Assembly: GCA_964571315.1 (NCBI GenBank)
Contig: CAZNBR010000002.1
Span: 1 to 57,151 of the forward strand
Direction: 5' to 3'
Length of the DNA stretch: 57,151 nt
Origin: an uncultured Syntrophaceae bacterium
GTDB taxonomy: Bacteria; Desulfobacterota; Syntrophia; Syntrophales; UBA2210
A model generated the notes under the pieces. The model saw only the letters and a program-made list of their open reading frames with translations, was not told the DNA's origin and ran no database searches. Made by a program: the position numbers and the translations under genes. Below, in pieces: positions 7,962 through 17,300 of the stretch (the stretch's first letter is position 1; each line of letters opens with the position of its first letter).

Positions 7962-10490
7962 CTACGAGTCCTGGATATACGGCCCATATTTCTCAGTCCA
8001 GTCTTCATCGGCTCGGTAGTAATCCAGCACCCTCAACCAGAATTCATCACCGCCTCCCCCTTGCAATGGGCCGGATGATTCGCCGGCCACAGGCCTCTCG
8101 CCCAGTTTTGCGTATCCCCGCCCGATATTGACTATGGTCCACCTGCTGCGCTGCCCTTCGGGAATGCCGTCCAGAGACTGCTGGTACACCTGTATTGCCT
8201 GCTGGTATCTTCCTTGACGGTACAAACAATCCCCCAGCCCCTCATAAGAATTCATAACCACGGGAACGGGAGATTGCTGCGCGGCACCGCCGCTCTTTTT
8301 GAGGACCCTCCTGTAGTTTACAAGCGCGGACGCGTACATCCCCATCTCCCTCAGCGCATCGGCATATTTTTTACGGACAGCCACATCCCCATCGGGGTCC
8401 GTCCCGGAACCCAGAACGGCAGAGTAGAAACCGGCCGCCTCTCCGTAGAGCCCCTCTTCGCAAAAGATATCCCCCATCAGGGTCCTGGCAGCCGCCATCT
8501 CGTTATCAACTCCGGAGCCCTCTTTAATCAGGGCTTGCAATCTCTTCTTCGCATCTTTATACCGGCCCCTGCCATAATCGATCTGTGCCATGTCGAGCGA
8601 AAGCCCGCGGACCCTCGCATCCTTCCCGAATACCCGGATCATCTCCTCGAAGAATCCGGCCGCATGATCCAGCAGGCTCATCTCCTTCAGGCTCCTCCCG
8701 ATCTGAGACAACATGCCGAAATCGCCACTCCTGAACAGAACGTCCCTGTCAAGATCAAAGTACAGATCCACTACAGAGATATAATCTTTTTTTGCATAGT
8801 GCCCGTCGATCAGGCGGCCCGCCGCCACTATGAGATTTTCCTCACCCGCTTTTCTGTGCGTCCCGTGGGGAAAGCTTGCAAGCAGGAGACGCCCGGCGTC
8901 AAATGCCTCCCGGTACCTTTTCTTTTTTATCAGGGCGGATCCCCTCCGGAAGACCGCCTCTTCCTCCATCTCGGGATCGGAAAGGTTCCTCTCCATTGCG
9001 CCGTATGCCTCGATCGGGTCCTTGTAACAGTCCATTCCCGCAAAGATATATGTCGGCACCTGAATCCCCGGATTATTGACCCCGATGTTGGCCATCATGA
9101 GTTCGCTCTCTTTGGCTTCCCTGCTTCCGGGATACCGCTCAATCACCAGACTGAGCGTCATGACGGCGGGTTGCAGTTGACCTGTCTTCTCAAAGGAGCG
9201 GGCGATCGCGTAGAGGGCATCCTTCGAATGCTTGCCGTCGGGGAAAAGATTCAGATAGACAAAAAGAACTCCCAAAGCATCGTCGTATTTCCCGGTTTGA
9301 AACCGATGTGACCCCAACTTCAGGAGGGCATCCCCTGGAATATCTTCCAGGGCGGGCCATTTTTTCAGGGCGTTATCGTACCAGGCATCAGCGTCATTAA
9401 ATTGGCGCATTCGGGAATAGCAATCCCCCACGCCGAAATACGCGTCTCTGGCATGGTTGCCGTCGGGGAACCTTTGTATGTATTCCTTAAACATCTCGAT
9501 TGTCTCATCAAATCTCTTTGTCTCATACAATATTGTCCCTCTCGTGTACAAAGATTCGGGGGTGTACTCTGACTCGGGATAGTTGGAATAGATATTCTTA
9601 AGCTCTATGAGCGCTTCGTAATGGAGCTTCAAGCGCCTGTAATTTTCGGCAAGCCGGTACGTAGCCTGGGCATTTTCCTTATTGAGGCCGGGGTAGTTTC
9701 GGATGATGTCTCTGTAGTGGTCAATGGCTTCCGAGATATGCCGTTTATCACCCTTTTCTCCCAAAAAATAATGGCAATCAGCTATACGTCTCAGTGCGGT
9801 CTCATCCTTTTCAGTCTTGATGATCTTCTCGAATTTATGTAAGGCATCCTCGTATCTTCCGGACGTGAAATCGTTCAAAGCGCTGTCATACAGGCTTCTG
9901 TCCGTGATCGGGGCCGCCATATCTTTGCGAGGCGGTGCACCGTCTCCGGTATTGTGTGGGCCCGTCTTCTCCTTTGCTGGAACTGGATTGGAGGGGATCT
10001 GCTTCCTCAATAAAACAGGGGGCACGAGGGCATCCTGAGTGTCATGTGTGTTCTGGCCTAACGCGGGGTCCTGTGCGTTCTTGACCAATGCGGAGGCTTT
10101 TGTGTCCCTGTTCAAAGCAGGTTCTTTCTTCTCGGGGCCGATCTTTACTATTACGAAATGCTTGATTATTCCCGTTTCTCTCAGTTTCTCCCCGGCCTTC
10201 AACGCCTCGTCCCTGCTCGTATACTCCCCCACACAGATGCGTTGCCACGTTCCCTTCCCGGGTATTTCCACCATTCTGCAGAAAGGATCATAGCCCTGCG
10301 CCTTGAGCAGGTCGCCCAATGCCGCAGCACCATCAAAATTTCTATACGAAGCCACCTGGACGCTGTACCGTCCATCTCCGGCCTCGACGCCGAAACCCTC
10401 TGCACCCGGCGAACAAATAAAGAATGCCACCAAGGCAAGGAGGATACGGACGTTACCGCGTACTGTTTCTGGTCTTAAAAAAGTCATCAC
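7962..10490 (-). CDS. Secreted SPOR-domain plus multi-TPR protein
   Basis: 842 aa. N-terminal signal-like segment RILLALVAFFICSPGAEG. SPOR-like module YSVQVASYRNFDGAAALGDLLKAQGYDPFCRMVEIPGKGTWQRICVGEYTSRDEALKAGEKL (about 10140-10370). The remaining ~650 aa are TPR/YbgF-like repeats (many A..Y..G.CY, YP.S..A motifs). Confidence 0.85.
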   Translation of the reverse strand: MMTFLRPETVRGNVRILLALVAFFICSPGAEGFGVEAGDGRYSVQVASYRNFDGAAALGDLLKAQGYDPFCRMVEIPGKGTWQRICVGEYTSRDEALKAGEKLRETGIIKHFVIVKIGPEKKEPALNRDTKASALVKNAQDPALGQNTHDTQDALVPPVLLRKQIPSNPVPAKEKTGPHNTGDGAPPRKDMAAPITDRSLYDSALNDFTSGRYEDALHKFEKIIKTEKDETALRRIADCHYFLGEKGDKRHISEAIDHYRDIIRNYPGLNKENAQATYRLAENYRRLKLHYEALIELKNIYSNYPESEYTPESLYTRGTILYETKRFDETIEMFKEYIQRFPDGNHARDAYFGVGDCYSRMRQFNDADAWYDNALKKWPALEDIPGDALLKLGSHRFQTGKYDDALGVLFVYLNLFPDGKHSKDALYAIARSFEKTGQLQPAVMTLSLVIERYPGSREAKESELMMANIGVNNPGIQVPTYIFAGMDCYKDPIEAYGAMERNLSDPEMEEEAVFRRGSALIKKKRYREAFDAGRLLLASFPHGTHRKAGEENLIVAAGRLIDGHYAKKDYISVVDLYFDLDRDVLFRSGDFGMLSQIGRSLKEMSLLDHAAGFFEEMIRVFGKDARVRGLSLDMAQIDYGRGRYKDAKKRLQALIKEGSGVDNEMAAARTLMGDIFCEEGLYGEAAGFYSAVLGSGTDPDGDVAVRKKYADALREMGMYASALVNYRRVLKKSGGAAQQSPVPVVMNSYEGLGDCLYRQGRYQQAIQVYQQSLDGIPEGQRSRWTIVNIGRGYAKLGERPVAGESSGPLQGGGGDEFWLRVLDYYRADEDWTEKYGPYIQDS

Positions 10491-10532
10491 TTTCGCTACG
10501 ATACTATTTTTTTTCGTGCACTGTCAGTACAA

Positions 10533-10548
10533 AGCAATTTATATACCA
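10533..10548 (-). promoter_or_regulatory. Sigma54 promoter-like element upstream of the SPOR-TPR gene
   Basis: Minus strand reads TGGTATATAAATTGCT (TGG-N9-TGC spacing, TTGCT -12 box), about 45 nt upstream of the start at 10490. Confidence 0.55.
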
Positions 10549-10604
10549 AGTGTCCCGTCATCGAAAATCGCTGACCCTTCACCGGCGGAAACGCAAAATT
10601 TGTC

Positions 10605-10631
10605 TAAAGTTTTAAATCCTGATGCCGATTA
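10605..10631 (+). promoter_or_regulatory. Sigma28 (FliA) promoter-like element
   Basis: TAAAGTTT-taaatcctgat-GCCGATTA differs at one position from the enteric consensus TAAAGTTT-N11-GCCGATAA. It lies 50 nt upstream of the GTG at 10681. Confidence 0.7.
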
Positions 10632-10680
10632 GGCAGGTAAGAGCATTCGATCGGGGTGTATCCGCAAAGGGAGGAGTGTC

Positions 10681-10890
10681 GTGACGATATCGACGTATCA
10701 TGTGGAAGGTGTTCTTAAGGCATACAGCAAACAAACCAGAGAGGAAAACTCGATCCGGCAGGAGCCTGAGGGCTCAACCAGATATACCGATATGGTAACC
10801 CTGTCCTCCGGAGACAACAAGAAAGAGGCCTTTGAGAGGATCTCCTACAGTCTGATGGATATCCTGCTCAAAAACGAAAAATCCTTTTAA
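10681..10890 (+). CDS. Small 69-aa protein, possibly a FlgM-like anti-sigma28 factor (weak)
   Basis: GTG start with GGGAGGAG 6 nt upstream, directly behind a near-consensus sigma28 promoter. It contains DMVTLSSGDNKKEAF, resembling the D-x-V-x-L-S core of FlgM, but lacks the usual C-terminal G-x-Y-x-V-D motif. Confidence 0.45.
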   Translation: MTISTYHVEGVLKAYSKQTREENSIRQEPEGSTRYTDMVTLSSGDNKKEAFERISYSLMDILLKNEKSF

Positions 10891-10920
10891 ATAGCTGTCA
10901 ACCCGCATTCCCGAGAAGAT

Positions 10921-11976
10921 ATGAAAGATACAAGCTTAAACCATACCATCAAGAAGTTGTCCACGATGGATTACATATATGACTCGATCGAACGCATGAG
11001 CGGTGAAAACGATGATATCTTTCAGGCGGTCGCCGCGCTTGCCCTTCAGATAACCGGTGGAAAGGGGTGTCTCCTCGCGCTGCTCGACGAGGGAAACGAC
11101 AGGTGCCATTTCAGGGTTGTCGGAGGTCCTGAGGAGGGACAGTATCGGGAAGCCCATATCTCCTCCTCGCTGGATACACTATTCAGAGATGTTGTCCGGG
11201 ATAAAGTGGCGATCCTCGCGGGTTCTGATGACGGATTCCCTGAGTCCGCGATCTGCGCGCCCCTGATGATACGGGGCCAGGTCTTCGGCGTACTGAGTCT
11301 GACCGGCAAGAGAAACGGGAGCACATTCACCCGGGAAGAGCTGAAATATATAAGCACCCTGGCGAAACGGGCCTCCCTGAACATGGAAAACAAGATATTA
11401 TACGAAAGCGTCTACTCCAACATCACCGATATTTTTCAATCACTGGTTACATCGATCCAGCTTCGAGACCACTATACCAGAAGGCATTCAGCGAATGTAA
11501 CCGAAACCGCCGTCAAAACCGCGGAGGCCCTCCACTGCTGCGAGCATGAGATTGAATCCATCAGGAGAGCGTCCATGCTGCATGACATCGGGAAGATCGC
11601 CATACCGGATAAGATACTCCTCAAAGAGGGGCGGCTGACGGATGAGGAATATAACGTTATCAAAGAACATCCGGCCATCGGGGGGGACATACTCAAAGCG
11701 GTTACGCTTATGGACACCGAACGGGAAATTATCCTCCATCACCACGAGAGATGGGACGGCAGGGGATATCCCGACGGGCTCGCGGGGGAAAATATTCCTC
11801 GTCTCTCAAGGATTCTGAGCGTGGCTGACTCCTTCGATGCCATGATAACCGACCGTCCCTACCGGGGGGCGCTCATGATGGATGTGGCGATAGACGAACT
11901 GCAAAAAAACAGCAACAGTCAGTTTGACAAAGACGTTGTGGGCACATTCGTATCGGCCCACTGCGGCTCCTGTTAG
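10921..11976 (+). CDS. GAF-domain HD-GYP c-di-GMP phosphodiesterase
   Basis: 351 aa. N-terminal GAF-like region. HD motif MLHDIGKIAIP and HHERWDGRGYPDGL (HD-GYP signature). Confidence 0.9.
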   Translation: MKDTSLNHTIKKLSTMDYIYDSIERMSGENDDIFQAVAALALQITGGKGCLLALLDEGNDRCHFRVVGGPEEGQYREAHISSSLDTLFRDVVRDKVAILAGSDDGFPESAICAPLMIRGQVFGVLSLTGKRNGSTFTREELKYISTLAKRASLNMENKILYESVYSNITDIFQSLVTSIQLRDHYTRRHSANVTETAVKTAEALHCCEHEIESIRRASMLHDIGKIAIPDKILLKEGRLTDEEYNVIKEHPAIGGDILKAVTLMDTEREIILHHHERWDGRGYPDGLAGENIPRLSRILSVADSFDAMITDRPYRGALMMDVAIDELQKNSNSQFDKDVVGTFVSAHCGSC

Positions 11977-12074
11977 ATTCCACGCAGGGCACAGCACAGC
12001 CCCTCCCGCGAAAGAGCGCGGCACACCCGCGGTATCCCATCCCCCGGCACGGAAAAATTCGGACGCGGGAAACC

Positions 12075-12090
12075 TGGCATAAAAAATGCT
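12075..12090 (+). promoter_or_regulatory. Sigma54 promoter-like element upstream of the PilZ gene
   Basis: TGGCATAAAAAATGCT has correct GG/GC spacing, but the -12 box is ATGC rather than TTGC. It lies about 205 nt upstream of the ATG at 12297. Confidence 0.4.
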
Positions 12091-12296
12091 TCTTGATCCA
12101 TGAGATTTATTAAAGACACGGAGTCTGAAGGCAGACGGGGGACTATGGATGCCAATGTATCTCGGGCGGCAAAGCAATAAGGGAAAAGGGTTGCATACAA
12201 CGTTTCTCGGATACGGCAGCATCACCGAGCGGAGCACAGATGACGGAAAAATGACACCCCCCGGCGGATCCCGGGTATAGGGAGAGACAGTACACC

Positions 12297-12902
12297 ATGA
12301 TCGATTCAAAACGTTCTCCGGAAGTGAAAGTGGGCAGGGCAAACCGCAGAAGTTACGCGCGGGTGGATGACCTGCTGCGAGTTGATTACCGGAAGATTTC
12401 ACAGAAAGAGTATGAGCGGTACGAAGGCAACCCGGACGGTATCTTTAAAAATATCTTTGGCGAGCCCCTCATGATGCCCGAAATCGGAGAGATTAATCTG
12501 GCACTGCTCTACAAGCTTATATATCAGGCAAACCTGAAGATGGACCGTATCCTGGAGATACTTGAAAGTAGAGATAATGACAGATATGCATCCGTCGGCA
12601 CGGAACATGTCAATATCAGCGGTTCCGGGATGAGCTTCACCGCAAACCAGGGTTTTTCGATCGGCGATATTATCGCGCTCAAGGTCTTTCTCCCCCTGGC
12701 CTCGAGCACATGGATGACGGTACTGGGAAAAGTAATGTCGTCCACGGAATTATCCCCGAAAGAAGGATACCGCACTGCCGTTCGTTTTATAGGATTGTCC
12801 GCGGACGATCGGGAAATGATCATCAGGTATGTGTTTAAGAGACAGAGGGAACTCCTCCGGTTTACCTCCGACATGAAAGACCGGGAATCCGAGAACGCAT
12901 AA
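12297..12902 (+). CDS. PilZ-domain c-di-GMP receptor (atypical motif spacing)
   Basis: 201 aa. RxxxR (RSYAR, aa 18-22) and NxSxxG (NISGSG, aa 106-111) motifs are both present but separated by about 83 aa. Confidence 0.8.
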   Translation: MIDSKRSPEVKVGRANRRSYARVDDLLRVDYRKISQKEYERYEGNPDGIFKNIFGEPLMMPEIGEINLALLYKLIYQANLKMDRILEILESRDNDRYASVGTEHVNISGSGMSFTANQGFSIGDIIALKVFLPLASSTWMTVLGKVMSSTELSPKEGYRTAVRFIGLSADDREMIIRYVFKRQRELLRFTSDMKDRESENA

Positions 12903-12909
12903 CACCCCG

Positions 12910-13281
12910 CTATAACCTTCCATCAAAGACCATCCCCACCATCTCTTCTATCTTGCCGGATAATCGCTGGAGTTCTTCCGAGGGGATCTCCCGTATGACC
13001 TCCCCCGTGTTCTTATCACTCACCGTGACAGAGATCTTATCATTCTCTTTCCCGTATGTGGAGAAGGACAGGCTGATACTTCTGTCGTCCATACGCTTCT
13101 GGATCTTTGCCGCCAACGCCTGAGCGGCTTGACGGTCAGCGGCCGGCCGGTCGGTCGACCCGACCTGCACCGGAGGGGAACCCCTGGATGCACCCCCAGC
13201 CTGCTCGGCGGGGCGAGTTTCCGCAGCTATCGGAATCTGTACGCTGGTTCCATTAACCGTAATGTCCATGACACCGCACAT
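12910..13281 (-). CDS. flaG: FlaG family flagellar protein
   Basis: 123 aa. C-terminal half ISLSFSTYGKENDKISVTVSDKNTGEVIREIPSEELQRLSGKIEEMVGMVFD matches the FlaG family. The true start may be ATG 13269. Confidence 0.8.
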   Translation of the reverse strand: MCGVMDITVNGTSVQIPIAAETRPAEQAGGASRGSPPVQVGSTDRPAADRQAAQALAAKIQKRMDDRSISLSFSTYGKENDKISVTVSDKNTGEVIREIPSEELQRLSGKIEEMVGMVFDGRL

Positions 13282-13313
13282 CCTTATATTTAAATCACAG
13301 AGCCTTGCCTATT

Positions 13314-13340
13314 ATATCGGCATTTTTTGCTCAGACTTTA
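13314..13340 (-). promoter_or_regulatory. Sigma28 promoter-like element upstream of flaG
   Basis: Minus strand reads TAAAGTCT-gagcaaaaaat-GCCGATAT (N11 spacing, two mismatches to consensus). Confidence 0.6.
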
Positions 13341-13356
13341 ATGCCGATGCACTATT

Positions 13357-13806
13357 TCATAGCGTCATATCCAAAAATTTGGGCTGTCGTGTCCTGTACG
13401 CCTTGTCGGCACGGCTATGGATACCGTTCCGACCCTGTCGGATATGTATCATTTGATTCTTTATATCGTCATGCCAGAGCGTGAGCATCGCTTCACATTC
13501 TTTGGTTATCTGTCCTGCCTTTGTCGCAATATCCCCAATCATCGTCGCCAGTCTTGTGATCTTTCCCCTTGTTTCATTCGGTACCCGTGAAACAAGGGAT
13601 GGGCCCTCTCTTCGTATCTTGTGTATCCGGCCGTCAATCTTGTCGATCGTATTGATACACCTCTGGCGTTCATTGATAAGCGATGCGATCTTTTCTCTGT
13701 TATTCTGAAAATCTGGCATATCCCTGAGCGATGTCGTCGCGGAAAGAAACCTTTCGAAGGCATTCAGTTTCTGTTCCAGAAGATCATAGATTCTCATTTC
13801 TTTCAT
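13357..13806 (-). CDS. Hypothetical helical protein downstream of fliS (FliT/FlgN-like chaperone candidate)
   Basis: 149 aa. Its start lies 1 nt after the fliS stop. Predicted helical and charged (MKEMRIYDLLEQKLNAFERFLSATTSLRD...). No diagnostic motif was recognised, so the call is by position only. Confidence 0.5.
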   Translation of the reverse strand: MKEMRIYDLLEQKLNAFERFLSATTSLRDMPDFQNNREKIASLINERQRCINTIDKIDGRIHKIRREGPSLVSRVPNETRGKITRLATMIGDIATKAGQITKECEAMLTLWHDDIKNQMIHIRQGRNGIHSRADKAYRTRQPKFLDMTL

Positions 13807-13807
13807 C

Positions 13808-14269
13808 TCAATACGCTCCGGCTATCTTGGCCCTTTTCGTTTCTCCTTCTGCACTGTTCCGAACTGGATCGAAGACCGGGGCATGATCCTGGCGGGGGGC
13901 CGAACCGATCTTCTCCCATCCTGACTCGAGCTCTTTGAGCATCGCGGTCACTTCGTCAAACGCCTGCACGTCCTTTTGAAGGTCTCCTTCGGTTATGCGA
14001 CGCGCCATGTATGTATAGAGGGAGTTCAAGTTGTTGGCTATTGCTCCCCCCTTTTCAAAATCAAGGGATTGCATCAGAAGGGACAGGATATCCTGCACCT
14101 TCTGAATTGCCTTTGCTTTGGCTTCGTATTCTTTGGAGGCAAACTTCACCCGTGCGATTTCAAGATTGCTTATCGCTCCCTCATAACACATCATCACCAA
14201 CCTCAAGGGGTCTGACGTTGTTACCTGTGTCCGTTTGTACCTATCGATCCCATTTCCGTTTCCATACAT
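13808..14269 (-). CDS. fliS: Flagellin-specific export chaperone FliS
   Basis: 153 aa. YKRTQVTTSDPLRLVMMCYEGAISNLEIA...LYTYMARRITEGDL matches the FliS four-helix signature. Confidence 0.9.
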   Translation of the reverse strand: MYGNGNGIDRYKRTQVTTSDPLRLVMMCYEGAISNLEIARVKFASKEYEAKAKAIQKVQDILSLLMQSLDFEKGGAIANNLNSLYTYMARRITEGDLQKDVQAFDEVTAMLKELESGWEKIGSAPRQDHAPVFDPVRNSAEGETKRAKIAGAY

Positions 14270-14317
14270 GAATTGCTGTCCCCCTCACGTAGTAAATTTT
14301 CAGTTACATCAATGGAC

Positions 14318-17300
14318 TCATGACCAGGCGCTGAAGGAAGCGCTGATCTGGCCGCTCAGCCAGTTGCTCTGACTCTGCAGTTGGCTCATTGCCAGTTCCA
14401 TGGCCACGAAGCGGTTGATCATCGTCTCCATCTTACGCGCCAGCATTGCCTCCATATCCTCAATCCGGTCCTCATAGTTGTCGATACTGTTCTTGAGAGA
14501 TGTTTGCTTAAAGGTCACATACCCGTCAGAGGTATCGGTTATGAAACCGAGTTGCCGGTTGAGCAGTTCCGCTATACCCAGGGTCAGCGTAAAGGTGGTG
14601 TTTGCCGATTCGGTACCGGTATACATGACGGAAAGACCGGCCGCATTGTTGCCGCTGGTGCTGGCAAGAGTGAGAAGCTGGCCGCTGCCGGCAGCCGCCT
14701 CGCCGTTGATGGTCCCCGCGACATTGACACCCCACACCTTCGTGGAGGCGGTTCCATTCAACCCCAGAGGGTCGCCCCCGCTGCTCCCGGCTGTGATAAT
14801 GTGTCCGGTACCGTAAGCGGTGTGGGTGAGCACAAGCCTGTTATCCACGGTCTTTGACGCGGTAATGTCCATCGCATACCGCCCCTCGGTGGTGGTGAGC
14901 GTTCCGAAATCGAGCCCCGAAACCGCCGACGTATCGATATTAAACGAAATCTGACTGTCTCCGACCTGTTTTTCGGTAATAACGAGCCTGTTGCTGTCGT
15001 CCAGCCCCGCCGTGATCTCGTTGTCAAACAGGTCCTCAATACTGTCCAGCAGATCCCCAAGCGTTGCCGTGGTATTGACCGCATAGTTCCCTGAAACGGT
15101 GACTCCGCTCCGCTTCATTCCCGAGAAGGTGATGGAATCACCGTTGTCGGCCCCGCCTACGGCGCTCCAGAGGGTTGATGCGGTGAAACCGGTATCGGTA
15201 TCCCCCTGGATCTGCTCCGTGATCTCATTCGCAAACTCCGAATTCAGGGCATTGACAACGTCGTCTATGTCCATTCCGGCGACATCGACATCCTCCGCCT
15301 GCCTCCCCGTGGCAAAGTCCGTAATCGTCAGCGTTACCCCCCCGCCGATCGTTCCCGCAAGGGCCGTCCCCCCCGTCACCGTCGTCTGCGTGCCCGCCGT
15401 CGTGATATTGACCGCATAGCTTCCCCCCTCGGTATCGTCCGTATGGCCGACATACTGAAACAGGGCGCTGGGGGCGGACCCGTAGGCGGTGAACAGCTTT
15501 TTCACATAGTCAAAATTCGTTTCAAGCGCCTCCGTCAGGTCGTCATCATCGATGGTCATATTGACGCTGTCATCAAGAGAAATGCCGATAAGGGGAAGCC
15601 TGTTGTAGTCACTCGACAGACCTGTAATGATTTGTGTCACGGTGCTGATCAGCTCCGCCTTGACGGAACGGAGCGTCCCGTCCCCGAACAGGGCTCCTCC
15701 TTTCTCTTCTTCATCCTCATCATAGCTGAACTGGGTGTTGATATACCCCATAACGGTATTATAGGCACCCGCCATGCCCTGGATCTTCGACTTGACGGAG
15801 GCGAGATCCCTTGCAACCTTCAGTGTAACCGTCGTGGTGTCGCTTGCCCCGACGAGATTCAGGGTGGCGCCTTCAATGATGTCCGTGATCGTATTTGAAT
15901 CCTTCGTAATGACCGCGCCGTCGACGGTAACCCGGGCATCTTCCCCCGCAACCAGCTGCATCTCCCTGCCTTCGGTGGTCACGGAGATATCCCCGAAGTT
16001 GAGAGTACCGTTCCCTTCATTGTTCGCGATCAGGGTAAGGGCAAGCCGGCTGTCTCCGGCGGTACCATCGGTAATTATAATTTTTCCACCGGAAACGGTG
16101 GCCGTTGCGGTCTGCGTACCGGTTTTACCAAAGCCATCCGTAACGTTATTTATCTTATCCAGAAGCTCCTGTATTGTGTCTGTTCTGGCGATCGTATATG
16201 TAAGGGTACTGACCGTTGTTCCGTCCCCCCGTGTTCCCGAGATGCTGATGGTGTCGTTGTTTGAGATATTGTTGCCAAAGGCGCTGTCGGTGACCGTGTT
16301 GAATTTCAGGGCGGTATTGTTGGGGGTCACGATAACCGACATCTGGCTGCTCCCCGACTGGAGATCCTCTACGATCAGTCTTCCGGTGGAATCGAAAGAG
16401 GCGTCAACCGTGGTAGAGTCTCCATACAGGTCCTCCACCCAGGCCAGAAACACGCTCAGCGTCTCGCCCCCCTTACCGGCCAGGCTGTAGGTATCGCTGA
16501 CGGCGACACCGTCGTGATCCTTCCCGCTGACCGTAATGGTTTCGTCATTGTCAAAATCACTGGCGTCTCCGCCCGTATCGATCCAGTTCCACTGGGTCGA
16601 CCCTGAAACGTGGTCGCCTCCCTGGGCCGAAATCTCATGGTTTTCCACATCACCCCGGAGGATACCGGTGAATATCTCCGAAAAGATCGTTGCGGCCGAA
16701 ACGGGATCGCCCGCTTCACCCGTTTTCATGCTGTAAAGCGCGCTTCCCGCATGCACCTCCGCGATGCTCTCGTATGTCCCCTTCTCGATACCCAGGATCT
16801 GAAGGACATTCCCGGTGTCTGAAAAGGAGGTCGTCCCGCTGATATCGATCCGGTATTTGGTCTCTCCGCTCACCGTTTCCGAAACGACGGAGGCCGATAT
16901 GCCGGCCATCGCATCTATGTTTTGCGCGATGGTCGTTATGGACTGGCTGGCCAGATTGATAACCAGATCTTCTCCACCTATCTGAACGGTGGTATTCCCC
17001 GGAGCGCCGGTCAGTTCCAGCAGTGTGCCGACGGCCGTGGATGAGTTGCTGAAAAGGGCGCTTTTGGCGCCGTCGCTGGTCGGTGTCGCCGTTTCGGTGC
17101 CCGCACCGATAAAACCCATCGCCCGCAGGATCCCGTCGGAAGAACCCTCTCGGATGTCAATGCCTTCGTCACCCGTTTCGTCGCTCGTCAGCACCAGATG
17201 GTAATCGGTGGAAGAGTGCGTAACAATCGTTGCCGTTACCCGGGATGGGTCATTCCCCGTATTCAGGGCGTTAATCTTGCCCTTGATGTTTGCGAGGGTG

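Noticed and set aside
8214-9311. 365-aa plus-strand ORF
   Set aside because: It is entirely antisense to the SPOR-TPR gene. The peptide is Arg/Pro/Gly-rich with no motifs, the typical shadow ORF of a GC-rich gene.
11977-12120. Possible c-di-GMP (GEMM) riboswitch between the HD-GYP and PilZ genes
   Set aside because: Fragments (CACGCAGGGCA, a GAAA-containing loop, GGACGCGGGAAACC) loosely recall GEMM-I. However, the conserved junction nucleotides and two-hairpin architecture could not be aligned by eye. I kept only the neutral observation of alternative hairpins.
11806-12402. 198-aa minus-strand ORF spanning the HD-GYP/PilZ intergenic region
   Set aside because: It overlaps the ends of two well-supported plus-strand genes. 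The peptide is Pro/Arg/Gly-rich with no motif, and the region is better explained as a leader/promoter for the PilZ gene.
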